DNA from: a bacterium
Lineage (GTDB): Bacteria; Bacteroidota; Ignavibacteria; UBA10030
Reading direction: 5' to 3'
DNA length: 45,023 nt
Assembly: GCA_043803945.1 (NCBI GenBank)
Contig: JAZDJN010000103.1
Coordinates: 1 to 45,023, forward strand
A model generated the notes under the pieces. It did not search any database. It had not been told where the DNA came from and saw nothing but the letters and a program-made list of their open reading frames with translations. Position numbers and translations under genes: made by a program. Every line of letters starts with the position of its first letter. Position 1 is the stretch's first letter. Shown here in pieces: positions 16,185-26,297 of this stretch.

Positions 16185-18423
16185 TGCTATTTCTCCTGCT
16201 TACAAGCATCCTGCCGTCATAAAGCTTAACAGTTCCTTTTTCCAGGAAGGTAACAGCAATATCGAGAAATTCATCACCATTCAATTGCCCCAGAGCGAAA
16301 TGTCCAATTTTTTCCCCCGAGACCAGGGGGCGGAAAATATCAAACAGCCTTCCGGTAATTCCCCGATACCAACCCAGGATATTCTTTCTTGAATCATTCA
16401 CAAGGATATCGAGAAATCCATCTCTGTCGAAATCGACAATTTGTAGTTGTGTGCGATCGTCGATCGTTACGAGGGTCGCCACAGTATCTGGCTGATTAAA
16501 GGTCCCATCTCCCCTACCGACGGCAAGTCGAATAGATTGATTCTGACCGGCTTGCGTAAAGAGAAGATCAGGTTTATGATCACCGTTGAAATCGCTGCTC
16601 CACAGCATTGCTTTGAGGAAGGTTCTATCCGGCAAATCGATGAAAAAAGTTTTTTGCTTATAGGACAAGGAAGAATCTCCAAGGGAGATAGCGAGTTCAT
16701 ACCGCTTCACGACGTTATTCCGATGGATATATGCGACGTCCATTTTTCCATCATTGTTGAGATCGGCCATGCAGGCACCCAACAGGGAGCCTGGAGCGGC
16801 AAGGCTGAAGCTCCTCTCCATATAATTCGAAGCATCAATTTGTTGATAGTACGATAAGATCCCTGAAGAAGTTGAGGCAATCGGGTTGAAACAATAGAAT
16901 CCCAGCATCGAATTCCGCTGACGTTCCCAACTTAGGATCTTCGCCTGGCCCGGCGTTGGAATATCTGTCCTCGTGAGGGAATGTTCCGTTGTACTGACTG
17001 ACAGGCTTGCAATAGCTTTCTTTTGGGGCACTGCTACCAAAAATTGAGCTAATGAATCGACTGAAGAGAGAGAGACAAGCTGCTTCGGATTCCCACCAAT
17101 CATATAGGTAATCTGATTGCTAAATCCGTTTGTCGAATTTTGCAGGTAGAGGGAGAGCGATCCACTCTCCGCATTGAGGAGTGCAACGTCGTTCCTTCCA
17201 TCGCTGTTCACATCGCTGATTGTGATTGCTCCTGGTTGTACTCCGGCAACGAATTCCAGCGTATCGGTAAGCGGCCTGCTCGATCGTGCACCGGAATACC
17301 ACGCGAGCGATGAACGAGCAGAATCGAGGAGGACAACATCTTTCCGACCATCATAGTTCATATCCTCCAGGATGAAGTGCTTTACCGCCGAGCCAGCAGC
17401 ATAACTCATATATTCTGGTGTCGGATCTTCCTGCCAATCATTCCATAGTTGAAGCTCTGACTTTCTTGATAACATCATAAAATCTTTTGTTCCATCCTGT
17501 GAGAGATCACTCATCTCCAGTTGCAGCACCTGGGATGGGAGGGCGATCTTTTTCTTCAACGCATACTCACCACGGCCATTCCCTTCAAGGATGCTGATGG
17601 TCTGATTCTTTTTTGAGAGAAGCACTATATCAAGATATCCTTGACTCGATAATTGCTCACCATAGCAATTGGTAACGCCCTCTTCAATTGTGATCGTTGA
17701 CATGTCCAGAAACTTTCCCTGGCCAATACCGAACAGCAGGTGAAGCTCGCTGCGGACCCAATCCAGCATGATCAGGTCGGTAATGCGGTCATTATTTAAT
17801 TGCACTGCCCTGAGATCGGCGACAAGGTTATCCTGAGCCATCGTTGCCGCCTGGGTAAATCGGCCTCCCCCCTTATTCAGGAATGGTACGACACCAGGCA
17901 CCTCAGTGCTGAATACCAGGACATCGGGTTTTCGATCTCCACTGATTTCTGCAATAATGAGAGCCGATGGCTGAAAAGAAAGCATGATGGTCGACATTGG
18001 TTTCAATGTATCTGTAGGAGCATTTTTATAGATTGTGATTTGCTGCTCCTTTGCATGCAGTGCAATAATCTCCTGTTTACCATCTCCATCAAGATCTTCG
18101 AGAATCAGTTCGGTAACGGGATATGAGAGTGAATGAATACTTGAACGCGTTACTGTCAGGGCGGAGTCAATGCCAAGTTGGGCGATACGATTGGAAGAGT
18201 GATTCCAGAGCATGACGATGTGTGTCCGGCCATCGGCAGCACTGATGAGGAATTTTTCAAATTCTCCTGGAGTCGACCACGAGCGATACAATCCGAACGT
18301 CGAGCCATTCGATTGAGCATACGCCTCGTTGAGCGTAATCCAGAACACAACAAACGCTGAGACGAAGGAGTGTTGAATTCGATGAAGGGTTTCTGAAGGC
18401 AAGTTCACAGACTGAAGAACCAC
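16177..18423 (-). CDS. FG-GAP/VCBS repeat secreted protein
   Basis: Many DxxxDGxxD repeats (DLDGDGKQE, DVNSDGRND, DLNNDGKMD, DFNGDHKPD, DFDRDGFLD) and an N-terminal signal-like segment. Exact start uncertain. Confidence 0.85.
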   Translation of the reverse strand: MVLQSVNLPSETLHRIQHSFVSAFVVFWITLNEAYAQSNGSTFGLYRSWSTPGEFEKFLISAADGRTHIVMLWNHSSNRIAQLGIDSALTVTRSSIHSLSYPVTELILEDLDGDGKQEIIALHAKEQQITIYKNAPTDTLKPMSTIMLSFQPSALIIAEISGDRKPDVLVFSTEVPGVVPFLNKGGGRFTQAATMAQDNLVADLRAVQLNNDRITDLIMLDWVRSELHLLFGIGQGKFLDMSTITIEEGVTNCYGEQLSSQGYLDIVLLSKKNQTISILEGNGRGEYALKKKIALPSQVLQLEMSDLSQDGTKDFMMLSRKSELQLWNDWQEDPTPEYMSYAAGSAVKHFILEDMNYDGRKDVVLLDSARSSLAWYSGARSSRPLTDTLEFVAGVQPGAITISDVNSDGRNDVALLNAESGSLSLYLQNSTNGFSNQITYMIGGNPKQLVSLSSVDSLAQFLVAVPQKKAIASLSVSTTEHSLTRTDIPTPGQAKILSWERQRNSMLGFYCFNPIASTSSGILSYYQQIDASNYMERSFSLAAPGSLLGACMADLNNDGKMDVAYIHRNNVVKRYELAISLGDSSLSYKQKTFFIDLPDRTFLKAMLWSSDFNGDHKPDLLFTQAGQNQSIRLAVGRGDGTFNQPDTVATLVTIDDRTQLQIVDFDRDGFLDILVNDSRKNILGWYRGITGRLFDIFRPLVSGEKIGHFALGQLNGDEFLDIAVTFLEKGTVKLYDGRMLVSRRNSSE

Positions 18424-18465
18424 CTCACATCCGGTTTGGACATTGTTGATAATCGTGCTTCATAA

Positions 18466-18948
18466 TTATGAACGACGTTTCCGATGTTGTAATCGCAGCT
18501 CGCGTCGCCTGGCTGCATCGGAATAGCGCCTCTTTTCCACTTTCGTCACCGGCCGAATTGGCGGTGCTGCTGCGGGTTTTCCCTCTGTATCAATAGCGAC
18601 AAATGTCAGGAACGCGCTGTTGGCATGCTTCCTCTCCCCCGTGAGCAGATTTTCTTTCATCACCTTCACACCAACTTCCATGGATGTAGTGAAGACTCTG
18701 TTCACCGAGGCCAGGAGAGTAACAACTTCTGCCTCTTTAATGGGGTGAATAAAATCAAGTTCATCGACAGAGGCAGTCACACAGACACTTTTGGTGTGGC
18801 GGGATGCAGCAATTGCGGCGGCAATGTCAATCCATTGCATGAGCCGGCCTCCCAATAAATTCCCTAACCGATTGGTATCGTTCGGTAACACCATTTCCGT
18901 CATTTCGACATGCGACTCGATAACAGTGTGATTTCGTCCCTGTGCCAT
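18466..18948 (-). CDS. Acyl-CoA thioesterase (HotDog, YciA-like)
   Basis: VLPNDTNRLGNLLGGRLMQWID, VTASVD, TSMEVGV, FVAID. Confidence 0.93.
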   Translation of the reverse strand: MAQGRNHTVIESHVEMTEMVLPNDTNRLGNLLGGRLMQWIDIAAAIAASRHTKSVCVTASVDELDFIHPIKEAEVVTLLASVNRVFTTSMEVGVKVMKENLLTGERKHANSAFLTFVAIDTEGKPAAAPPIRPVTKVEKRRYSDAARRRELRLQHRKRRS

Positions 18949-18971
18949 TCTGTTTGTCCCCCTGGGGGTAG

Positions 18972-19817
18972 CTATTTCACCAACAAGCTGTCCGAACTTA
19001 CCTTGGGCGGATTCTTTAAAAATGCAGCGTATTGAATTTCAATCTCCTGCTTCAGCTTTTCTCCCTCAACTGTGAGGGAACTGGATGGATATTTCAGGAA
19101 GAATTTTTCAATTTCTTTCTTTGCTTCCGCTGCACGTTGACGTAATAATAATGCCTCAGCTTTTTTCAACTGGGCTTGATCAGCGTATTGTGTATCATAG
19201 TATTTCTCGAGTACATAGTCGAAGGAATTGATTGCGGATTTATAATACTGCATCCTCATATAGATAACACCACTCTCAAATTCCTTTTTTGCGAGCTTGT
19301 TCACCAATTCCTTGATTTTATTCTCGGCATCCTTGACAAGAGAATCAGATGGATGGTACTCAATAAAACTTTGAAATTCATCAATCGCTTTCTTTGTATC
19401 ATTCTGATCAAGGACTGATTTTGGGGAACGTTTATAGTAGCACAGGGCAATTTTATAGCGCGCTCTGGCGACAAACTCGCTTGTGGGCAATGATCGTACG
19501 AGCGTTTCATATTCATAAGCTGCCAGCAGCCAGTCTTCCCTTGAAGCCTGGCATTCTCCCATATAATACTGGGCATCATCAGCCAGAGAACTTCCCTGAA
19601 ATTGAAGCGTGATGATTTTAAACTCCTCATAAGCCTCTCGAAAATCACCGTTGGTAAATATTTTCACTGCCGCTTCAAAACGTTTTTCTACCGTGAGTTG
19701 AGCTACTTCCTGGCTGGAGGAACATCCAAAACCTCCTATGAGGATGAATACCAGTGAACCACAGTACAAGAGATTAAGGGTAAATTTGTTCAAGTGTATT
19801 TTCCTTCCGCAAATCAT
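18972..19817 (-). CDS. bamD: Outer membrane protein assembly factor BamD (TPR lipoprotein)
   Basis: Lipobox FGC, TPR helices, SPKSVLDQNDTKKAIDEFQSFI..HPS, KLAKKEF...Y...Y.SA pattern of FCB BamD. Confidence 0.88.
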   Translation of the reverse strand: MICGRKIHLNKFTLNLLYCGSLVFILIGGFGCSSSQEVAQLTVEKRFEAAVKIFTNGDFREAYEEFKIITLQFQGSSLADDAQYYMGECQASREDWLLAAYEYETLVRSLPTSEFVARARYKIALCYYKRSPKSVLDQNDTKKAIDEFQSFIEYHPSDSLVKDAENKIKELVNKLAKKEFESGVIYMRMQYYKSAINSFDYVLEKYYDTQYADQAQLKKAEALLLRQRAAEAKKEIEKFFLKYPSSSLTVEGEKLKQEIEIQYAAFLKNPPKVSSDSLLVK

Positions 19818-19871
19818 CTTTTAACCCACAAATCCATCGCAACCAAGCGAGTACATTCGACGGTTCCAACG

Positions 19872-20489
19872 TTAACTTCGAACATGAAAAAAAAGATAGA
19901 TAATCACAAATGCAGCAGATATCAGAAAAAGCGGCGAAGCAATTTTATCAAACCACGATTCCTCTCCAACATCTTCAGGAGAAAGAAACGATATTGCGCC
20001 TCCTCGCTGCGGACTCAGAACTGTATCTACAACCTGACGCCGATAGATTGATGAGGGAACCAGAAATATCCCTTCGGCAGTTTCAATCCGCCCCTCTAAT
20101 GAGAGCTGAATTGTCCGTTGAATACTTCCCTCGTGTAATTCCATTGATCGAATGCTCGCCTCCAGCGGGAATATCTTCAACACCGTTGCCGAACTTTCTG
20201 ACACATTCCCTGTAGATATTTTTTTTCCCTGTTTGGTAAAAGCCTCAATAAATCCATTTTCAAGAAGCATCTTGACTGGATTCTCTGCGATCTGAAGAAT
20301 GACCTTGTCCTTTACCGCCAGCGGCTCTTTCCACTGTTCAAGTATCTCCAGAGCTATCCCGAGGGCTTGTTCCCGCAGGATGACCTGGGGAGACCGTTCC
20401 GCATTCTGGCAAACACCATAGTGAGCAATGATAAAGCTCAATCCAACCATGCACATTAGACGCAACAACGTTCCGCGTGTGCCAACCAT
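19872..20489 (-). CDS. Hypothetical exported protein with C-terminal membrane anchor
   Basis: Signal-like N-terminus and C-terminal TM ending IYLFFHVRS. Co-oriented in the operon. Confidence 0.7.
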   Translation of the reverse strand: MVGTRGTLLRLMCMVGLSFIIAHYGVCQNAERSPQVILREQALGIALEILEQWKEPLAVKDKVILQIAENPVKMLLENGFIEAFTKQGKKISTGNVSESSATVLKIFPLEASIRSMELHEGSIQRTIQLSLEGRIETAEGIFLVPSSIYRRQVVDTVLSPQRGGAISFLSPEDVGEESWFDKIASPLFLISAAFVIIYLFFHVRS

Positions 20490-20521
20490 CGCCGCTCCGC
20501 TGATTCTTAAGGAATAACGAT

Positions 20522-21373
20522 TTAACTCAAACCTCTGATCGCAAGCTGCTCCAAACGCTCGATGCGCTCTTCGACCGGGGGATGTGTCGAAAAGAGTTTA
20601 AAGACTCCTTTTCCTCGGAATGGCTTCACGATAAAGAGATGCGCAGTCGCCGGTCCTGCATTTTCCATAGGAATGCGTGCAGTGCCAGCTTCCAGTTTGC
20701 GCAACGCATTTGCCAGACTTAAGGGTTTGCCGCAAATTTTTGCACCGCCGGCATCCGCCGCAAATTCGCGTGAGCGGGAGATCGCAAATTGAATCACCAT
20801 TGCAGCAATTGGAGCAAGAATCAGGAGCAGAAGCTCCCCAACCGGATTGGAATCCTCCCGGTCTCGTCCACCCCCAAAGATGGAAGCATACATTGCCATT
20901 CGACTGAGGAATGTAATTGTGCCTGCCATTGCAGCCACGATCGTCCCTGTCAAAATATCCCTGTGCTTCACATGGGCGAGTTCATGCGCCATCACACCCT
21001 CGAGCTCGTCATCGCTTAAGAGCTTGAGAATGCCCTCCGTCGCAGCAACGGCTGCATGCTCTGGATTCCTTCCTGTCGCAAAGGCGTTAGGTGTCATACC
21101 GGGAATAATATAGACCTTGGGCATCGGAAGCTGAGCTTGTATCGACAGTTTTCGAACTACGCTGAATAGCCGAGGTGCTTGATCCTCCGAAATTTCTTTT
21201 GCCCCATAGCTCATCAATATGACTTTATCTGAAAACCAATACATACCAAAATTCATCAGCAAGGAGAGAAGAAACATTAACATCAAACCTTGTTCCTGCC
21301 CAAACCATTGTCCAACGAGCATCATCAATGCCATCAAAAGAACCATCAAACCGACTGTTTTTACAGTGCTCAT
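20522..21373 (-). CDS. htpX: Zinc metalloprotease HtpX (M48)
   Basis: PNAFATGRNP, HELAH, SRSREFAAD, FSTHPP. Start at MSTVK gives better spacing to the AAGGAG RBS. Confidence 0.96.
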   Translation of the reverse strand: MSTVKTVGLMVLLMALMMLVGQWFGQEQGLMLMFLLSLLMNFGMYWFSDKVILMSYGAKEISEDQAPRLFSVVRKLSIQAQLPMPKVYIIPGMTPNAFATGRNPEHAAVAATEGILKLLSDDELEGVMAHELAHVKHRDILTGTIVAAMAGTITFLSRMAMYASIFGGGRDREDSNPVGELLLLILAPIAAMVIQFAISRSREFAADAGGAKICGKPLSLANALRKLEAGTARIPMENAGPATAHLFIVKPFRGKGVFKLFSTHPPVEERIERLEQLAIRGLS

Positions 21374-21621
21374 TATCCACATTTCTCCTTAAATACGATA
21401 CATTACAAAACTTACTTTACCGATCAAATTTACGAAAAAAATCAGTGAAACGAAAGAATGTTAAGGAAGTCTAATCGCCAATCGGGGGAAGAGTAACAAA
21501 GGTTTTGGAAAAGGTGCAGCCCTGTTGATTTATCGCGAAACCGATTATAACAAGAACACAACTATTGCAGAGAATTGAGAGATTGACAATAATTGGTGTA
21601 AATAAAGATACGGGTATGGAA

Positions 21622-22470
21622 CTATCGGGTTTGTATCAATTGAGAGATTTTTTTATGGACGAGCTCCAGATTTTCATCCAGAAAGTGCCTTGAAAACCTT
21701 CTTGCCCGACGGATTTCTGTTGAACTAATTTTCGATACGATCAAGTCCTCTTCGAAGTATTTTGCTCGACTTGTGGTTTCACCCTCTGGGGTAAAAACCG
21801 CCGAACCACCCCAGAAGTTGACTCCATCCTCAAAACCAACCCTATTCGCAAAGAGAAGATAAGTACTCAGCAGCCGTGCATACGTGCGATGATGCTCGTA
21901 ATTTACAATAGCATTATCGAGCTCAGCGTTTGTTCCCGAAATTCTTGTGGGGCTTGCCGTCAATGTAAGCAGGACCTCGGCACCATCCATCGCCAGAAGA
22001 TACGGTAAAGACATGTGCCAGAGATCCTCACAGATGAGCATACCAAATCGTCCAAGCTTGGAGTCGAAGGCCTGGATTGTCCGGCCAGGGCTGAAATAAC
22101 GCCCCTCTTCAAACATTCCATAGGTTGGAAGGTACAGCTTCCTGTGACAATGCTTGATTTCTCCATCTTCCAGAAATATTGCTGAATTATGAATTGCATG
22201 GTTTGGAGCACTTTCAACAAATCCCAGAGCAATCGAAATTCTCTTGCTTTCCTCTTTCAGCAATTGAAGCATCTTACTCGTCTCAGGATGCAGAGCTGTC
22301 TCCCACACCAGATCACGGAGCGAATAACCTGTCAAGCTCAATTCTGGAAAAACGACTAGAGAGGCACCTGCCGCTTTTGCCCTCTCAATCATCCTCAAAT
22401 GACGGTCGACATTCTCCTTCAGATCTCCTACTCTCGAATCAACCTGTGCTATTGCTGCGATAAAATCCAT
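21622..22470 (-). CDS. Carbon-nitrogen hydrolase (nitrilase superfamily), NAD-synthetase glutaminase-domain-like
   Basis: E-K-C triad: FPELSLTGY, RKLYLPTYGMFEEGRYF, ICEDLW. Confidence 0.88.
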   Translation of the reverse strand: MDFIAAIAQVDSRVGDLKENVDRHLRMIERAKAAGASLVVFPELSLTGYSLRDLVWETALHPETSKMLQLLKEESKRISIALGFVESAPNHAIHNSAIFLEDGEIKHCHRKLYLPTYGMFEEGRYFSPGRTIQAFDSKLGRFGMLICEDLWHMSLPYLLAMDGAEVLLTLTASPTRISGTNAELDNAIVNYEHHRTYARLLSTYLLFANRVGFEDGVNFWGGSAVFTPEGETTSRAKYFEEDLIVSKISSTEIRRARRFSRHFLDENLELVHKKISQLIQTR

Positions 22471-22518
22471 AATTACTCTTCCGGGGTATGCAGTTCTCTG
22501 TTGTTCTGCTCATTCAGT

Positions 22519-22974
22519 TCATTTGACCACAACATCATTGGAAAGCTCGTTGGTGTCATCAGATTTTGGAGGGTAATGCTTCGCAAGAATTGCACCTGCT
22601 TCGCGAACAGCGAGAATAATACCGTCGCGAAACCGCCGCTCAGAAAAATTTGCCGTCATTGCTTTCACCAGGCGTTGCCATTCTTCCGGAGCAATTATGG
22701 AATGAGCATTGAGGTCGACATGGATTCGCACTTTCCGTTCCTGATAGAGGATAAGAATGAGAACGCCGTTTCGGTCTCTCGTCTGTGCCATTCCAAGGGA
22801 ATGAAATTCTTTTTGAGCAAGTTCCTCGATTGTTATTTGTTGTTCCGTAGTTGATCGACGTTCCCTCAGAAGCACCCGAACTTCTGCTGAGGTCATCCGT
22901 TCCACTTCAGCGATCGTCTCGCTTATACGGTTCAAATCTACTTTGTTGAGAATTTTATGAATAGAGTTCTTCAT
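22519..22974 (-). CDS. TPM-domain (DUF477) protein, short type
   Basis: AEVERMTSAEVRV, TRDRNGVLI, DTNELSNDV. Confidence 0.88.
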   Translation of the reverse strand: MKNSIHKILNKVDLNRISETIAEVERMTSAEVRVLLRERRSTTEQQITIEELAQKEFHSLGMAQTRDRNGVLILILYQERKVRIHVDLNAHSIIAPEEWQRLVKAMTANFSERRFRDGIILAVREAGAILAKHYPPKSDDTNELSNDVVVK

Positions 22975-22981
22975 GCTGGGT

Positions 22982-23659
22982 TCACGAGAGGTCGATCATT
23001 TTAATGTCTTTTATATATTGAACAGTCCGATCTTCCTTCAGATTGTGGAGCTTTTGCATTTTGGTCCCAATGCGGATAATATTATCATTGATGATAGAAA
23101 TATATTTCCCCTTTTTCTCTGTGGGGTCTTCAGGCCCGAGAGATTCGATCAACTGCTTCATGTTTAATAACGGGATACTGATCTCATCCGAGATTTCGAG
23201 TACCAATTCCTGCATCGCCTCAAGTCGTTTTTTCTTGATCTCAAGTTCAGCGACATCCCGTTTGAATTTTTGACGCTCCACCACCCGGATAATGGTGGTG
23301 GGAAGGATTGGTGTGCTGATTTCTTCCTTCACCAGATAATCCTGAACACCAAGTTTCATCACCTCAACGGCAAGATTCATATCAGTGTTGACCGTGAGAA
23401 AGATGATAGGAGCTTCAATGGATTTCGATTTGAGAATCTTTGTGACTTCCAGTCCATTGAGTCCCGGGAGATAATAATCCATGAGGATGACGTCAATCTC
23501 CCTGTTTCGATCTGCTTCCTCGATTCCTTCCTGTCCAGATTCTTTCCAAATGACTGAGAAGTTGTACCCCTCAAAACGCTCCAGGTATATTTTCACTAAT
23601 TTTGCAAAGTCGATATTGTCCTCGACGATGAGGACGCGTATTCCTTTGTCATTCATCAT
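22982..23659 (-). CDS. Response regulator: receiver plus degenerate DHp-like helical domain
   Basis: LIVEDN, ILMDYYLPGLNG, IIFLT, DYLVK. C-terminal LEISDEISIPL resembles an H-box without the His. Confidence 0.88.
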   Translation of the reverse strand: MMNDKGIRVLIVEDNIDFAKLVKIYLERFEGYNFSVIWKESGQEGIEEADRNREIDVILMDYYLPGLNGLEVTKILKSKSIEAPIIFLTVNTDMNLAVEVMKLGVQDYLVKEEISTPILPTTIIRVVERQKFKRDVAELEIKKKRLEAMQELVLEISDEISIPLLNMKQLIESLGPEDPTEKKGKYISIINDNIIRIGTKMQKLHNLKEDRTVQYIKDIKMIDLS

Positions 23660-24098
23660 GGAGATCCCTCCGGTTTGGTAGAAGTGCTATTCCAATCCAA
23701 TATTCCATAAACATAGGAAACACACTTGAGAAATCACTCAAGAGCGTTGATTTTGAGATATAGCTGCATGCACCCTGTTCGTAGGCATACCGGATATCAT
23801 CCTCTCGCTCTGAGCTGCTGAGAACAATGATCGGAATTCCTTTTGTCTGGTCGTTCGATTTGAGAATTTTCAGCAATTCTCTTCCATCAATCCGCGGCAT
23901 ATTTAAGTCGAGCAGGATGAGATCAGGATATTCAGTTTCTTTTTTCTTGACAGGCAATAAAAAGTCAATTGCTGAAACACTATCGTCGAATGACCGCAGT
24001 TGAGCACACCGCTTGCTCTTCTGGAATGCATACTGCAGGATGTTCGCGTGATCCTGATTGTCATCGATGAGGAGCAATTTTAATGGCGTTGGACTCAC
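23649..24098 (-). CDS. Single-domain response regulator (Rcp1/CheY-like)
   Basis: LLIDDN, PDLILLDLNMPRIDG, IVLSSS, SYISK. Confidence 0.92.
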   Translation of the reverse strand: MSPTPLKLLLIDDNQDHANILQYAFQKSKRCAQLRSFDDSVSAIDFLLPVKKKETEYPDLILLDLNMPRIDGRELLKILKSNDQTKGIPIIVLSSSEREDDIRYAYEQGACSYISKSTLLSDFSSVFPMFMEYWIGIALLPNRRDLHDE

Positions 24099-26278
24099 TG
24101 TATATTTCCTCCCTTCAGTTGGAGCGGGAGTGTAAAATAAAATGTCGATCCCTCTCCGACCTCGGACTCCATCCAGATTGTCCCTCCGAATGATTCCACG
24201 ATTTTCTTGACAATCGTCAAGCCGGCTCCTGTACCACTAAACTGATCTCTTTTATGGAGCCTCTGAAATATCTGAAAGATTTTCTCCTGGTATCGAGCTT
24301 CAACACCAATGCCATTATCTCGGACGAACATCCTTACAAACTCGCCTTCTTCCTTTGCTCCGATATGAATCTGTGGAACTTGTTTGTCACAAAACTTCAA
24401 CGCGTTCGACAGCAAGTTACGAAATACAATTTTTAAATGTGCTTCGTTTGCCGAAACATGCGGCAGAGGATCGTCTTCCGTTATCTTTGCGTTTTTCTCT
24501 ACAATGGAAAACCGTAATTCTGCCAGGACCTCCTTAAGGAGTCGCGAAAGATTGACCGATACCCTTTTTTCTGCAATTTTCCCGACGCGGGAAAGGATCA
24601 GGAGTTCATCGATCAATTTCTTCATGGAAGATGTCGCCTCAAGCACAGCCATAAGATATTCCTGTCCGGTACTATCCAGCAAATCGAAGTACTCACTCTT
24701 AATGATCTTGGAATACCCTTCTACGCTGATGAGTGGTTCTTTCAGGTCGTGCGATACAACATACGTGAAATCATCAAGCTCCCGGTTTCTCGCCTCAATT
24801 TCGCGTGATTTTACAATTGTCTCGCGATAGAGAAGCGCTTTTTCCAGGGCAATTGCCACAATATTTGCGATACTCTGAATCAATGGGATTTGTTCTTCGG
24901 TGTATGCATTTTCTTTAAAGGATTGCAGAGAGAGAACACCAATCGCCTGTTCTTTGGAAAGCATCGGGACATACAGGAGAGATTTCGTCGCCATCTTGAT
25001 ATTCCCGAACGGTTCGTACATCGGCGTGGAAAGATCTGACGATCGCATTTCCAGGAATGGCTTCTGTTCCTGAATCACTTTTTGCGATGCTACAGTCTTA
25101 TCGAGCGGAACTGCCTCTGCCGGCACTGGAATTTCGATATGCTTACCCTGGATCAAATCGACGATATAAAGGGGCTTAATTGTATTGTTATGTTTATCAT
25201 AGATTTCAATGAACAATGCATCGAATGAAATTACCTTGAACAATTGATCGCAGGCGATCTTAGCCACTTGATGGCTGTCCAACGCCTCTGTTAGCGCGCG
25301 TGTCAATGTGAAGAGAGCTTCGAGCCTCTGGATCTGGCTGCTCAATTCTGCTCGTGCTTGCTGCCGTTCGCTGATGTCTCTTGCAAGATTCAACATCAAC
25401 ACTGGGTCGCCGCCGGCGTTATACAATAATGTTGTGTTGATACTGACAAATAGTTTTTTTCCTGAACGCGTATACCAGATTACATCGAGATCATGCGAAA
25501 ATTTGCTTTCTCTGAGTTCCTCGAGCCAGTGAATATAGGAACCGAGGTACTCTTCCGGAATCCAAGGATAAGGTATCTGCATTCCAAAAACTTCTTTTCT
25601 TAGATAGCCGGTCAATTGCTCAAATCCAACATTGACATCTAATATTCTCCCCTCCAAATCGGTGATGATGAGGGCGTCAATCATTGAATCGACAATATTG
25701 CGGAGAAGATGTTCTGATTCGTTTCTCCTCCGATCAATTGCCTTTCGTTGGGTAATATCGTTCACTGAACAGACAATGAACGTTTTTTCATCCATCGGGA
25801 AAAGGTTCATGGAGACTTCGGCGTCAATCGAGGTTTCGGCAAGAGTGAGTAACTGAATTTCAATCGAAGGTTGTATTGGTTCTCCTCGCCGCGTCCGTTG
25901 AATTATGAGTGAAAGAATTTTCTGCGAATCGCGGTGTACGAACTTCCAAATATTCTTCCCTAGGAGTCCCGGTGCCGAGCGGTACCCCAGCATTCTCGCC
26001 AGAGAAGAGTTCACATAGAGAAATGCTTCATCTTCAAAGACACACATTCCAGCGTTGCATGCTTCAAGAATGTGATGAAAGAATGCAGCCCTTGAAGCGA
26101 TGTCAAATTGAAGATACTCCTGGTTCGAATCGGTCTGATTGATGTCTAGGCTCCCTTGAACATTCGGGATTTTCGGTCGTTGGGAATTATCCAGGAAGAG
26201 CGAGCGTCCGACTTTCTTCTTCATGGTTAGTGAAGTTATTGTTTTTTTCCGGACACTATGTTGTTTTCTTTTCTCCAC
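24095..26278 (-). CDS. Cytoplasmic PAS-PAS-GAF sensor histidine kinase
   Basis: Two PAS domains, a GAF domain, H-box VVSHDLKEPL, N-box NLLSNALKF, G-boxes DNGIG and GTGAGL. No TM segments. Start uncertain. Confidence 0.93.
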   Translation of the reverse strand: MEKRKQHSVRKKTITSLTMKKKVGRSLFLDNSQRPKIPNVQGSLDINQTDSNQEYLQFDIASRAAFFHHILEACNAGMCVFEDEAFLYVNSSLARMLGYRSAPGLLGKNIWKFVHRDSQKILSLIIQRTRRGEPIQPSIEIQLLTLAETSIDAEVSMNLFPMDEKTFIVCSVNDITQRKAIDRRRNESEHLLRNIVDSMIDALIITDLEGRILDVNVGFEQLTGYLRKEVFGMQIPYPWIPEEYLGSYIHWLEELRESKFSHDLDVIWYTRSGKKLFVSINTTLLYNAGGDPVLMLNLARDISERQQARAELSSQIQRLEALFTLTRALTEALDSHQVAKIACDQLFKVISFDALFIEIYDKHNNTIKPLYIVDLIQGKHIEIPVPAEAVPLDKTVASQKVIQEQKPFLEMRSSDLSTPMYEPFGNIKMATKSLLYVPMLSKEQAIGVLSLQSFKENAYTEEQIPLIQSIANIVAIALEKALLYRETIVKSREIEARNRELDDFTYVVSHDLKEPLISVEGYSKIIKSEYFDLLDSTGQEYLMAVLEATSSMKKLIDELLILSRVGKIAEKRVSVNLSRLLKEVLAELRFSIVEKNAKITEDDPLPHVSANEAHLKIVFRNLLSNALKFCDKQVPQIHIGAKEEGEFVRMFVRDNGIGVEARYQEKIFQIFQRLHKRDQFSGTGAGLTIVKKIVESFGGTIWMESEVGEGSTFYFTLPLQLKGGNIQ

Positions 26279-26297
26279 TGCTCTTCATCGGGCATGA

